Shown piece after piece: positions 1 to 13,265 of a DNA stretch of 64,000 nucleotides; position 1 is the stretch's first letter, and the number at the start of each line of letters is the position of its first letter. Source of the stretch: the human T2T-CHM13v2.0 reference genome, Homo sapiens; NCBI RefSeq assembly GCF_009914755.1, contig NC_060930.1, one strand, 5' to 3'. The translations under genes were made by a program, and so were the position numbers. The notes beneath the pieces were generated by a model, which was not told the DNA's origin, did not search any database, and saw only the letters and a list, made by a program, of their open reading frames with translations.

Positions 1-150
1 AGTTGTGAGGTGAAATTCTTTTCAAAATAGGACTAGACATTATTTTATATTTGCCTTTTCACTGTGTTGACATTTACACTGATTGCAAAAGAACTGATGG
101 TAAGTAAAATTACATGTGCCTTAGCAGAAATTAAATCAGTGTCACTAAAC

Positions 151-232
151 TATAATATATATATATATATACACACTTATGCACATATATATATACATGT
201 ATTATATATATATATATATATGCATACACATA
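151..232. repeat. (TA)n/(CA) low-complexity microsatellite
   Basis: Visible tatatatata/cacac runs; explains ORF 64..261. Confidence 0.9.
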
Positions 233-1895
233 CCACAGTTTGTTTACCCATCATCTGTTGAAGGACATCTGAGTTATTTCAAGTTTTGTGTATTACAAAT
301 AAAGTTTTTATGAACATTTGCATTAAAGTGTTTTTGTGAACAGATTTCATTACTCTGGGACAAATGTCCAAAGGTGTGCCTACTGAGTAGTATAATTATT
401 GCATATTTAATTTTAAGATAAATTGTCATAATTTTCCCAGAGTGGCTGTACCAGTTTATATCCCCACCCAAAATATATGAAAGATCCAGTTTCTCCACAT
501 CCTTGCCAGAATTTTGTTGTTATTATTACTTTTTATTTTAGCCTTTTTGATAGATATGTAGTAATATCTCATGATTTTTATTTGCATTTTCCTCATGGCT
601 AATGATGTTGAACATTTTTTAAACGTTCATTTACCATCTGTAAATCCTTTATGGTGAAATGTCTGTTAATGTCTTTTGCTCATTTTCTAATTGGATTGTC
701 TTTTATTGTTCAGTTTTAGGAATTTTTTTTATGTATACCACAAAAGTACCCTCTGTTGGATACTTAGTTTGCAAATACTTTCTCCCCATTCATACCTTGT
801 CTTTATTCCTCTTCACATGAAAGTTTGCACAGCCAAATATTTTAATTTTGATAATATCTAACATACAGTTTTTTTTAATTTCATGGGTTGAGGTGTTAGT
901 GTCAAATCTAATAATTCTTTACCTAAACCTGAATCCCAGAAGTTTTCCATTCCTAGCTTTTCTTCAGTATTTATAGTATTAACAATTACATGTAAGTCTG
1001 CAATCCATTTTGAGCTAAGTTAAATAAATGTTGTGAGATTTAGATCAAAGTTTTTTTTTCCTTCTTTTCTTTGGATGTCAGATTGTTCCAAAATCATTTG
1101 TCAAGAATACTTTTTTTGTCTATTGAATATTGTTTGCAACCTTGTCAAAAATCAATTTGATGTGTTTGTGCTAGTCTATGTCTGGCTTTTGTGTTCTGTA
1201 CCATGTGTCTACGTGTCTCCATAGACAATGCCACATTGTCTTGATTTCTTTTTCTTGCCTTATTGCAGTGGCTAGACTTTCCATAGTGTGTTGAATGAGA
1301 GTAGTGATATCAGACATTCTTACCTTGTTCTGGATATTATGTGGAAAATATTCAATTTTCCATGATTAAGTATGATGCTAGCTGCAGGTTTGATGTAATT
1401 TTACTGTATTCCTATTTCCTCAATTTCCTCTATTCTTAACATGATAGGTTAACAGTTACTGAATTTTGTTAATGCTTTCTTCTACCTCAGTTGTCACATG
1501 ATTTCTTTTTTACTTTAGCATGTTGATATGGTGCATACAATATATTTATTTTGTAGACATTGAAACTGCTATGCATATCTGCAATAAATTCTACTTAGTC
1601 ATGATGCATAAATTTTTTATACATTATTGGATTTGCATTGCTAATTTTACTGATAATTTCTGAATATAGACTTATGAGTACTTTCAATCTGTAGTTTGGT
1701 TTTTTGTACCACCTTTGCATCAGAATTACATTGGCTTCATCACATGAGTTATGAAATTTTCCTTACTTTTCTATTCTGGGAAAATATTGCATAAAATCAC
1801 TATTAATTCTTTTTTATGTGTTTGTCACAATTCTCCAGTGAAATTATGTGGGCCTAGAGATTTCTCTTTCTTGAGTCACAATTACAAATTCAATT

Positions 1896-2063
1896 TTTTT
1901 TTCTCTTTTCTTTTGGAGATAGAGCCTTGCTCTGTCTCCCAAGTTGGAGTGCAGTGGCACAGTCTTCACTCACTGCAGCCTCTAACTTCTGGGCTCAAGT
2001 TATCCTGCCATCTCAGACTCCTGAGTACCTGGGACTACAGGTGCATGACATCATACCCGGATT
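1896..2063 (-). mobile_element. Alu right monomer (FRAM/AluJ-like)
   Basis: T tract followed by gagatagagccttgctctgtc...gggactacagg; flanked by direct repeat aaattcaatt (1886-1895, 2064-2073). Confidence 0.85.
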
Positions 2064-2168
2064 AAATTCAATTCATTTAACACTTACAGGACTATCCATA
2101 TTGTCTATTTCATTTTGGTTGCATTTTGATTCTTTGTGGCTTTTCAGATATTTGCCCATTAATTCTAA

Positions 2169-2517
<349 letters not shown>

Positions 2518-3682
2518 CCTTCTTCTATTTTGGTCAGTTTTGCAGGAGGTTAATCATTTTACTGATATTTGTAAAGACTAGCTTTTTGTTTCATTGATAT
2601 ATCTTGGTACTTTTTTCTGTTTTCAATTTTATTGATTTCTGCTCATTATAATTTTATTCCTTTGCCTGTTTTGAGTAAATTTTTCTTCTTTTTCTGTTCT
2701 TTTGAGGTAGGAGCATATATTTTGACTTGCCATGTTTCTTAATTTTATTGTGGAATTTATAGCATTCATTACTTTTCCCTTTTAATGCTGCTTTAGCTGC
2801 ATCCCATAAATTTTGATATGTTGTATTTTTATTCACTTGTATTTATTTTTTATTCATGCCTTTTTGATTGATCTATGGATTGTTTGGATGTGTCTTGTTT
2901 GATTGTTAAATGTTTAGAGATTTGTTGTCTTTCTGGTATTGATGTCTAATTTGATTCTTTTATGGTCAAAGAACACACATTATGATCTCAATTATTTTAT
3001 GTTTGTTGAAGTTTTTATGGACCATGAAATAGTCTATCTTGGCAAATATTCCCTCAGTTCTTAAAATATATGTATATACTGCTATTGTTTGATAGATTGT
3101 TCCATATATGTCCATTAGATATTCTTGATTGATTACGTTATTCTGATCTATATTGTTGCTCATTTTTTTGTGTAGTGTCTCTATCAGGTGCTGAGAGGAA
3201 GCTTTTTATGTCCACAGCTACAGTTGTGTATTTGCTTATTTTTTCTTTTACCTCTGCTAGTTTTTGCTTCATACGTTTGGAGATTTTATTGTTTAGTTTG
3301 CAGGGACTTAGGATTTTTATGTATTTCTTTATTGTCATGATGAAATAACTCTCTTAGGCTCTAGTAATTCTTTTTGTTTTAATGTGTATTTTATCATATT
3401 CTACTTACCTTTCCTTTTTAATTAATAAATTAATTAACCTAAACTAATTTAATGAATTAATTCAATTAATGCTTACATGTAATGTGGTCTTCCATTCTTT
3501 TACTTTCAAACTACATATGTTAAATCTGAAGTGAGTTTCATATACACAGCATATACTTGCATCATAATTTTTAGAGACTATGACAATCTATTTTTCTATT
3601 GGTATATTTTCAGCGTTTACATCAGGCAATTATTGATGTGTCAACTCCTAACTCTACCATCTTACTTGTTTTTTGTTACTTG

Positions 3683-4067
<385 letters not shown>

Positions 4068-4464
4068 ACTTTGTTTGTTTACTGCTTATTTCTTCTGGTA
4101 CTCTCTTCTCTTTTTCTTTTTTCCTGACATCATGTTTGTTACTTAAACATTTTTTAGATCTCATTTTGACTTATTTATAGTGTTTTCAAGTGTATTTTTC
4201 CATAATTTTCATAGTGTTTGCTGTAGATATTATTATATATGTATGTGACATCATAGTCTATTGTTTTCAACATTTTATCACTTCTAGTATAGTATGAAAA
4301 TTTTACTTCAGTTTGGGAGTTTAGGTCATTTTACCTTCCCCACTTTTAAATATCATCTTAAGTATTATAAAATATGTGATTTTTAGTAACTAGCTACTTT
4401 TTCTTAGCATAATGTTTTCAAAGGGCATTCATGTTCAGAGTGATAACCTATTGCTTATCAGTTA

Positions 4465-4802
4465 TAGGTTGAGCATCTCTACTTCAAAAATCAAAGATCT
4501 GAAGTGCTCTAAAATCAGAAATTTTTTGAGCACCAACAGGAGATAGTGACACATTTACTTTTTGATAGTTCAATGTATACAAACTTTGTTTCAAAATTTG
4601 AATGGACAAAATTACTTAACATATTGTATACAGTTACCTTCAAATGTTGTGTATAAGGTGTTTATGAAATTTTGTGTTTAGATTTGTGACACATTCCCAA
4701 GATATGTCATTCTTTATATGCAAATATTCCAAAAATTTTAAAAAAAGGAATTCAAAACACTTCTGGTCCCAAGCATTTTGGATAAAAAAATCATCAACCA
4801 GT
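4465..4802. mobile_element. Tigger4/MER46-type non-autonomous DNA transposon
   Basis: Degenerate TIRs taggttgagcat... and ...ggataaaaaaatcatcaaccagta; aacacttctggtcccaagcattttggataa motif. Confidence 0.75.
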
Positions 4803-4841
4803 ACTTTATTCTTTATATTTTCAAATAATACTCCATGGAAT

Positions 4842-5144
4842 GTGTATCAGATGGGATTATTCAGTGAACAGAGAAACAGAATCAATAGGCTATCTCTATA
4901 TAAATATGGATATGGAGTATATAGAGATATATGGGATTCTACCTCTGTTTTTATTATTAAGACCTTCAAGTGATTGGATGAGGCCTACCAAAATTATGGA
5001 CACTCATCTGCTTTATTTAAAATCAACTGATCAAAAATGTTAATTACATGTACAAAATAACTTTCACAGACACATCTAGACCAGTGTTTGACTAAATAAC
5101 TGGGCCCCAGTACCTACCCAAACTGCCATGTAAATTAACCCACA
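4842..5144 (-). mobile_element. MLT2 (ERVL) solo LTR, internally shortened
   Basis: gattggatgaggcctacc and aaattaacccaca match the antisense MLT2 5' part. Confidence 0.75.
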
Positions 5145-5723
5145 TTTGGTCATCCATTCCTCAGTTAATGGACATTTGTGTTGTTTCTACTTTTTGGCTA
5201 TTATGAATAAAGCTATTATGAACATTTGTAGCCACTTTCTAATGTTGACATATATTTTTCTTTATCTTGGAAAGAAATTCTTAGGAGAGGAATGGTTGTG
5301 TTATGTGGTAATTCTCTGTTTAACATTTTGTGCATCTGCCAAATTGTTTTCTAAAGTGATGGTATCACTTTACATTACCACCTGCAATATGTGAGGATTC
5401 CAATTTCTCCACATCCTCACCAACAGTCCTTATTATGAATCTTTTTTAATCACTGTCATCCCAGTGGCTGTAAAATGGTTTCTCACTATTGTGTTGATTT
5501 GCATTTTCCTAATGACTAATAATATTGAGCATTCTTAGATGTGAATGTTGGCTATTCATGTTTCTTTGGAGAAATGTCTATTTAAACTTTTGCTCAGTTT
5601 TAATTGGTTGCTCTCATTATTGATTTGTGAGATTGCCTTATATATTTTAGAAAAAAGTTCTTTTTCTAATATATGATGTTTAAATATTTTCTTACCTACT
5701 CTGGATTTTTATTACTATTATTT

Positions 5724-5854
5724 TCAGGTGTGGTACCAGGAATAATGTGGGAGGCTGGATTGAAGTCTGGGCCAGGAACAACGGTAATTGTGGGAGACTC
5801 AACAAAGAGTGAGTATAGCTGAAGGAGCCGGGAAGCAGAAAGTATATGCGTCAG
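5724..5854 (-). repeat. 131-bp direct copy of HERV-H internal segment 7343-7473
   Basis: tcaggtgtggtaccagg...agtatatgc(g/a)tcag occurs at both sites with 3 mismatches. Confidence 0.95.
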
Positions 5855-5931
5855 TTACTTCAGGCCATCTGGGCCTATACGTGCAAGTCACAGGGGATGC
5901 GATGGCTTGGCTTGGGCTCAGAGGCCTGACA
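5851..5931 (-). mobile_element. Truncated HERV-H 3' LTR (first 81 bp of U3 only)
   Basis: 79/81 identical to 11270-11350; adjacent polypurine tract (minus strand AAGAAGGCAGGAA, about 5932-5944). Confidence 0.95.
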
Positions 5932-7946
5932 TTCCTGCCTTCTTATATTAATAAGAAAAATAAAACAAAATAGTGTTGAAGTGTTGGGGCGGCGAAAATT
6001 TTTGGGGGGTGGTATGGAGAGAGAATGGGCGATGTTTCTCAGGGCTGCTTCAAGCGGGATTGGGGCGGCGTGGAAACCTAGAGTGGGAGAGATTAAGCTG
6101 AAGGGAGGTCTTGTGGTAAGGGGTGATTCTGTGGGGATGTTAGAAGAAACATTTGTCGTATAGAATGATTGGTGATGGCCTGGATATGGTTTTGGATGAA
6201 TTGAGAAACTAAATGTAATAATGGAAGGAGAAAAACAGGTATAAAAGGTCTAAGAATTGGGACGACTCAGGATATCTGATTAGAGAGTGCTTAAGGAGAT
6301 TCGGCATAGTCCTGCCAGGAAAGATTATTTATTTACTTCAAGAGTTAAGAGTGGCAGTTTGGGGATAGCACCAGGAGATATCAGCTGTGATGGCTTGGAA
6401 AAACAATGTAAACCGGCAGTGTAAACAAGAGCAGGGCATGTATGAGTAGTTGAGAACGGTGAATAGGAGTATGACTAGACAGAAGATAGTAGGGATGACA
6501 AGTTTTTTGGGGGCACAGTCTAACTTGGTCTGGTGTCTGGAATGAGACTGGGGCCCAATAAAAAGGAGCGTCTATATAGGAGCTTAAATGGGCTGTACCT
6601 TGTAGCATTCTGAGGACAGGTCTGACTTCTGAGAAGGGAAAGTGGTAAAAGTATTGTCCAGTCCTTTTTAGGTTGGTGGCTGAGCTTGGTGAGGTGTGTT
6701 TTTAAAAGACCTTTAGTCTATTCTACTTTTCTTGAAGACGGAGGACCGTAAGGGATATAAAGGTTTCACTGAATACTAAGAGCCTGAAAAACTGCTGGCT
6801 GATTTGACTAATAAAGGCTCGTCTGTTATCAGACTGTATTGAGGTGGGAAGGCTAAACTGAGGAATTATGTCTGACAGAAGGGAAGAAATGACTGCGGTG
6901 GCCTTCTCAGACCCTGTAGGAAAGGCCTCTACCTATCCAGTGAAAGTATCTACCTAGACTAAGAGGTATTTTAGTTATCTGACTCAGGGCATGTTGAGTA
7001 AAGCTAATTTGCCAGTCCTGGGTGGGGCAAATCCTCGAGCTTGATGTGTAGGGAAGGGAGGGGGCCTGAATAATCCCTGAGGAGTAGTAGAATAGCAGAT
7101 GGAACACTGAGAAGTTATTTCCTTGAGGATAGATTTCCACGATGGAAAGGAAATGAGAGGTTCTAAGAGGCGGGCTAGTGGCTTGTACTATAGCATAACC
7201 TGCCTTTGCTGGTGTGTGGCGATTAGGTCTGGTGGAACTGCCATCAATAAATCAAGCGTGATCAGGGTGAGGAACAGGAAAGAAGGAAATTTGGGGAAAT
7301 GGGGTGAATGTCAGGTGGATCCGAGAGATACAGTCATGGGGATCAGGTGTGGTACCAGGAATAATGTGGGAGGCCAGATTGAAGTCTGGGCCAGGAACAA
7401 CGGTAATTGTGGGAGACTCAACAAAGAGTGAGTATAGCTGAAGGAGCCGGGAAGCAGAAAGTATATGCATCAGGTATGAGGAAGAAAATAGATTTTGAAA
7501 GTTATGAGAAATGTAGGGAGTGAGTTGAGCATAGTTTGTGATTTTGAGGGCCTCTAAAAGTATTAATGCAGCGGCAGCCGCTGCACGCAGACATGAGGGC
7601 TAGGCTAAAACAGTAAGGTCAAGTTGTTTGGACAGAAAGGCTACAGGGTGTGGTCCTGGCTCTTGTGTAAGAATTCTGACCATACTAACCATGCCTAGGA
7701 AGGAAAGGAGTTGTTGTTTTGTAGAAGGTGCTGGGGTTTGAGAGATCAGTCGGACACGATTGGCAGGGAGAGCACGTGTGTTTTTATGAGAATTATGCCG
7801 AGATAGGTAACAGATGAGGAAGAAATTTGGGCTTTATTGAAGTAATGGGGGCTGTCTGTGAAGCTTTGCAGCAGTACAGCCTAGGTAATTTGCTGAGCTT
7901 GATGGGTTACAGGGTCAGTCCAAGTGAAAGTGAAGAGAGGCTGGTA

Positions 7947-8312
7947 TTAAGGGTGCAAAGGAATAGTAAAGAAAGCATGTTTGAGATCTAGAACAGAATA
8001 ATGGGTTATAGAGGCAGGTATTGAGGATAGGAGAGTATATGGGTTTGGCACCACGGGGTGGATAGGCAAAACAATTTGGTTGATAAGGCACAGATCCTGA
8101 ACTAACTTGTAAGGCTTGTCTGGTTTTAGGACAGGTAAAATGGGGGAATTGTAAGGAGAGTTTATAGGCTTTAAAAGGCCACGCTGTAGCAGGCGAGTGA
8201 TAACAGGCTTTAATCTTTTTAAAGCATGCTGCGGGATGGGATATTGGCGTTGAGTGGGGTAAGGGTGATTAGGTTTTAATGAGATGGCAAGGGGTGCATG
8301 ATCGGTCGCCAA
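7947..8312 (-). pseudogene. pol: HERV-H pol, reverse transcriptase N-terminal remnant
   Basis: QYPIP, SPYNSPILPVLKPD, LVQDL, PVVPNPYTLL and VLDLKHAFFTIPLHP motifs, then a stop. Confidence 0.92.
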
Positions 8313-8465
8313 GCAGGGAGTAGAGGTATCTTATACTTGTGGGTTAAGGTGGGGGAATACAAGAGGGGGACACAAAGGAGGCTTTGGATTGGGAAGAAGG
8401 GAGGCAATGAGATATCGCTGTAGTCCAGGAATAGTCAGGGAAGCAGATAATTTAGTTAAAGTGTC

Positions 8466-8678
8466 TCAGCCTAATAAGGGAACTGGGCAGGTGGGGATAA
8501 CTAAAAAGGAGTGCTTAAAAGAGTATTGTCTAAGTTGGGGAGTTTTAAGAGGTTTAGAAGCCTGGCTGTCAATACCCACAACAGTTATGGAGGCAAGGGA
8601 AACAGGCCCTTGAAAAGAAGGTAATGTGGAGTGGGTAGCCTCCGTATTGATTAAGAACGGGATGGACTTACCTTCCAC
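8466..8678 (-). pseudogene. pro: HERV-H protease remnant
   Basis: FLINTEATHS (degenerate DTGA active site), VVGID, CPVPLLG. Confidence 0.85.
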
Positions 8679-8853
8679 TGTGAGAGTTACCCAAAACTCA
8701 GCGTCACGTCCGTGATGGTCTACGGGGCTTCTGAGGTGATCGGGCAGCGTCAGTCTTCAGCCACTAAGCCGAGAAGGAGTCAGTCAGAGAGCCTTGGGCC
8801 AGAGTTCCAGGGGCTCTGGGAGTGGCTGCCAGGTGAGTTGAACAGTCCGATTT

Positions 8854-9090
8854 TCAGTGGGGTCCCACACAGATGGGACGTGGCTTAGGAGGAATCCCGG
8901 GCTGCAGGCATTCCTTGGCCCAGTGGCCAGATTTCCAGCATGTGTAGCAAGCTCCTGGGGGAGGAGGTTCTGGAGGAACGCCTGGCTGCTGTGGTTCAGG
9001 CGTTTGGAAGTTCTTGTGTGCTGGAGATGTGGCTGGGGTTTGTCTCACAGTGGAGGCAAGGAATTGCAACTTGTTTCTATTATTGTACAC
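8854..9090 (-). pseudogene. gag: HERV-H gag nucleocapsid remnant
   Basis: CX2CX4HX4C zinc knuckle CYTCWKSGHWAKEC. Confidence 0.9.
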
Positions 9091-10046
9091 CTTGAAGGCG
9101 AGGTTAATTAAATCCTGTTGTGGGGTTTGAGGGCCGGAATTTAATTTTTGGAGTTTTATTTAATGTCGGGAGCAGATTGGGTAATAAAATGTATATTGAG
9201 AATAAGACGGCCTTTTGACCTTTTAGGGTCTAGGGCTGTAAAGCGTCTCAGGGTTGCTACGGAACGAGCCATGAACTGGGCTGGGTTTTTATATTTGATG
9301 AAAAAGAGCCTAAACGCTATCTGATTTGGGATAAAGAAAAAGGAGCATTAACCTTGACTATGCCTTTAGCTCCAGCCACCTTTTTAAGAGTAAATTCCTG
9401 GGCAGGTGGGTGAGGGCTAGTCACAGAATGAAACTGTAAGCCAGACCAGGTGTGAGGAGAGGAGGTGATAAAAAGATAACAGGGTGGAGGAGCGGAGGCT
9501 GAGGAAGAATTGGGACCTAGCTTGGCCTGGCGAGGAGGGGAGAGGTCAGATGGGTCTGTAGAAAAGGAATATTAGAAAGACTCAGTGACGCTTGGGCTTG
9601 GGACTGAGGGGACAGGCGGGAGGGAAAGAAGGAAGATTTGGGACGAGTTGCACTGGGCACAGAGACAAGGAAGGGACCGATGTGTAAAAGAATGCCTGGA
9701 CGTCAGGCACCTCAGACCGGTTGCCTATTTTACGACAAGAATTATTTAGATTTTGCAGGATGGAAAAATTCAAAGTTCCATTTTCTGGCTATGTGGAACT
9801 ACTGTTGAGTTTGTACTGTGGTCGAGCAGCATTGCAGAAGAAAATAAGGCATTTAGGTTTTAGGTCAGGTGTGAGTTGAAGAGGTTTTAAGTTTTTTGAG
9901 AACACAGGCCAAGGGAGTAGAAGGAGGAATGGAGGGTGGAAAGTTGCCCATAGTGAAGGAAGCAAGCCTAGAGAAAAGAGAGAGTAGAGAAACGGAGGGA
10001 AGGGGTTCAGGGGTTCTTACCTTCCAGAAAAGTGGGAAAAGGGGTT

Positions 10047-10302
10047 GGGGCACAGAGATAAGAGGTTGGGGTGCGGAAATAAGGGATTGGGGCACAGAGA
10101 TAAGAGGTTGGGGTGTGGAAATAAGGGATGGGGCGCAGAGATAAGAGGTTGGGGCATGGACAAAAGGGATTGGGGCACAGAGATAAGAGGTTGGGGTGCG
10201 GAAATAAGGGATTGGGGCACAGAGATAAGAGGTTGGGGTGCAGAAATAAGGGATTGGGGCACAGAGATAAGAGGTTGGGGCATGGACATAAGGGATTGGG
10301 GG
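10047..10302. repeat. ~42-bp G-rich tandem repeat (6 units) in the HERV-H leader
   Basis: Unit ggggcacagagataagaggttggggtgcggaaataagggatt; core agagataagaggttgggg seen six times. Confidence 0.93.
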
Positions 10303-10745
10303 TTCTTGCCCCGTAGAAAAGTGGGACTTGCTGCTAAGGGTGAAGGAGAAGGGGTTGAGGGGTACTTTCCCCTCTCCCAGAAAAGCAGAGAAGGGGTAGA
10401 GACAAGGAGAGAAGGGGTTGAGGTACTTGCCCCTTCCCCAGAAAAGCGGGACTTGCTACTAAGGGTGAAGGACCAAGGCAAGCATCCCTGCGCAGTCTGA
10501 CACCCTTGAAACGTGGGTGTATAATCAGAGAGGTGTCCCTGCAATGATTAAACACCAAGGGAAGGCTGCCTTCCCAGTCCGTGACCGGCGCTGGAGTTTT
10601 GGGTCCACGGATAAAACATGTCTCCTTTGTCTCTCCCAGAAAATGAAAGGAATTGAAACTAAGAGAAGGGAGAGATTGAAGAGTGGAAAGGAGAAAGTGG
10701 TTGAGGGACAGTGAGAGAGGTTGGAGAAGAGAGTAAGAAGAGGCC

Positions 10746-10754
10746 ACTTACCTG
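10746..10754 (-). promoter_or_regulatory. HERV-H leader splice donor CAG|GTAAGT
   Basis: Plus-strand acttacctg is a perfect 5' splice consensus about 125 nt downstream of the PBS. Confidence 0.75.
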
Positions 10755-10877
10755 ATTTAAAATTGGTGAGATGTTCCTTGGGCTGGTCGGTCTGAGGACC
10801 TGAGGTTGTAGGTGGATCTTTCTTACGGAGCAAAGAACAGGAGTACAGGGGATTGATCTCCCAAGGGAGGTCCCCCG

Positions 10878-10895
10878 ATCTGAGTCACGGCACCA
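10878..10895 (-). other. Primer binding site, tRNA-His
   Basis: Minus strand TGGTGCCGTGACTCAGAT just after the LTR end TGAAA; one mismatch to the recalled His PBS. Confidence 0.92.
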
Positions 10896-10897
10896 AA

Positions 10898-11350
10898 TTT
10901 CATGCGCGTCTGTGTGAAGAGACCACCAAACAGGCTTTGTGTGAGCAACATGGCTGTTTATTTCACCTGGGTGCAGGCGGGCTGAGTCCGAAAAGAGAGT
11001 CCGCGAAGGGAGATAAGGGTGGGGCCATTTTATAGGATTTGGGTAGGTAAATGAAAATTACAGTCAAAGGGGGTTTGTCCTCTGGCGGGCAGGAGTGGGG
11101 GTCGCAAGGTGCTCAGTGGGGGTGCTTTTCGAGCCAGGATGAGCCAGGAAAAGGACTTTCACAAGGTAATGTCATCACTTAAGGCAAGGACCGGCCATTT
11201 ACACTTCTTTTGTGGTGGAATGTCATCAGCTAAGGTGGGGCAGGGCATATTCACTTCTTTTATGATTCTTCAGTTACTTCAGGCCATCTGGGCGTATACA
11301 TGCAAGTCACAGGGGATGCGATGGCTTGGCTTGGGCTCAGAGGCCTGACA
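10898..11350 (-). promoter_or_regulatory. Complete HERV-H 5' LTR (LTR7 family, 453 bp)
   Basis: TGTCAGG...GCGCATGAAA; TATAAAA at 11028-11034, CCCCACCC box 11017-11024 and AATAAA at 10957-10962 (all minus strand). Confidence 0.95.
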
Positions 11351-11629
11351 CTATATAATGATTTATCCTAAGATAAACCTAAGAATTATTTTGTTACTGT
11401 AAAGCAGAACTGCCTTTGATCTGATTCAAAGGTAGTGATGACTGATGGTCAAAATTTGGTTTATTCTTATTAGATGATTTAATGTCATAGACTCAAAGAA
11501 CACTGTTGTAGCATTTCTGTGGACTTACATTATATTTCAAATTAGAATGTGCATTTTCAAATGGTGCTATTTTAAATTATGGAAGATAGATAGTTTATAA
11601 TCGAATGCGGAAGCAGATTGATGCAATTG

Positions 11630-11760
11630 AAACAGTGCTGGACTGGAAGTTCAGGGTGATTTACCCAGTTGAAATCATTTAAAGCCTTGAACTTTACTTT
11701 TCTCATCTGTAAAATAAGGAGATTTGACAAGATAACCCCTGGGATTCTTTAAATCTCCTC
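11630..11760 (+). mobile_element. MIR fragment
   Basis: Core ttttctcatctgtaaaataagg. Confidence 0.6.
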
Positions 11761-12607
11761 ACTCATGGTTGTGAATATAGCTTTTATATTTAAAGTTTCT
11801 TATTTAAATTGATTCTTCCTCCCGGTCTAATGACATAGTCATGTAAAGCATATCTGTTCTTTTGTTATTCTAAATGCTGTCAGAATGTCTGTCAAGAATC
11901 AAAGAGAGAGACAAAAGCTGACATTTACTAATAAATTGCTCTATTGATGAAGAGTTTTCCATTCAAGCAATACTTGAACTCTATGTTACTTCACTGGTGT
12001 ATTTATAGCTGGGCTTACTTAAAATTCTTGATCAAGCAAAGTATAGCCTTGGGATAGACAGTCTCAGCAAGATGATCAACAATGTTTTGCACCTCATATC
12101 TATACATATACACAGAATTTCACTGAAAAACTTTGTTATCCTTCTGTGTTATGCTCCTTATAAAAAGTAGCTAAAAAAATAAACTAAATGCACCTGTGGC
12201 CACGTAGAGAAACAAATAGAAACCACAAAAAGGAAAATCAAGTTAAATGACTAGTCTATTAATCAAGCTATTTATCACTTCATTTGCCAAATAAGTCATA
12301 ATAATACCTGGAAATGAAGATTAAATTAGACAACAAAACTAAACATGTCCTTGTTTTGTGTTTAATTTCTTCCATCTGCAAGGCTCCAAATGGCCATTAA
12401 ACAACCTCCATTATGTACTGACTCCAATTATCACTGGAAAAATAAACTAGAACAAATTGCTTATACGATTATTATTTATGCAAATATGTAACAAAAGATC
12501 TTTTTGCAAGCAACCTATTGCTAATCCTGATTTATGCAACTGCAAAATTATTTGCGTATATCAATACTTTACAAGTCCTGAAAATATCATTGTCTTTCTT
12601 GGAACTA

Positions 12608-12960
<353 letters not shown>

Positions 12961-13169
12961 GTCAAATTTTTATAAGACTTTTAAAATCTCTCCCTTCCAC
13001 CATTACTGGCATAGATTTATTTTGCTCCCAGAGTTTTCTGGTGGTCTGTACACCAGGTGTGTGTATGTATGTATATATATTTTTCTGGTGCTATATATGC
13101 CTATTTTATTCTTATTTTACCTCAATTATTTTTCAAAGGTAAATACTGTAAATAGATGATCAGCTCTAT

Positions 13170-13265
13170 TAGGGCAGAGATGTGATATTTTGCTTTCTCA
13201 TTGTATCTTTGATGCCTGACACACAAAGTGGTAGCAACTCAGTAAATGTGACAAATATGAATAGA
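13170..13265 (+). mobile_element. L2 3' end fragment
   Basis: agggcagagat...tgcctgacac...ctcagtaaatg...tgaatagat pattern. Confidence 0.5.

Larger units (their letters stand above)
5722..11350 (-). mobile_element. HERV-H provirus (deleted ~5.6 kb type) with LTR7-family 5' LTR and abnormal 3' end
   Basis: Both LTRs begin TGTCAGGCCTCTGAGCCCAAGC (minus strand, from 11350 and 5931); His-tRNA PBS; gag zinc knuckle, protease and RT remnants; purine tract next to the 3' LTR. Confidence 0.97.

Noticed and set aside
5945-6400. Possible HERV-H env gene
   Set aside because: No minus-strand ORF or immunosuppressive-domain motif is visible, and the element length fits the env-deleted type.
10017-10544. 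151-175 aa repetitive ORFs; CRISPR-like periodicity
   Set aside because: They are translations of the leader tandem repeat. The units have no unique spacers, there are no cas genes, and the DNA is primate.
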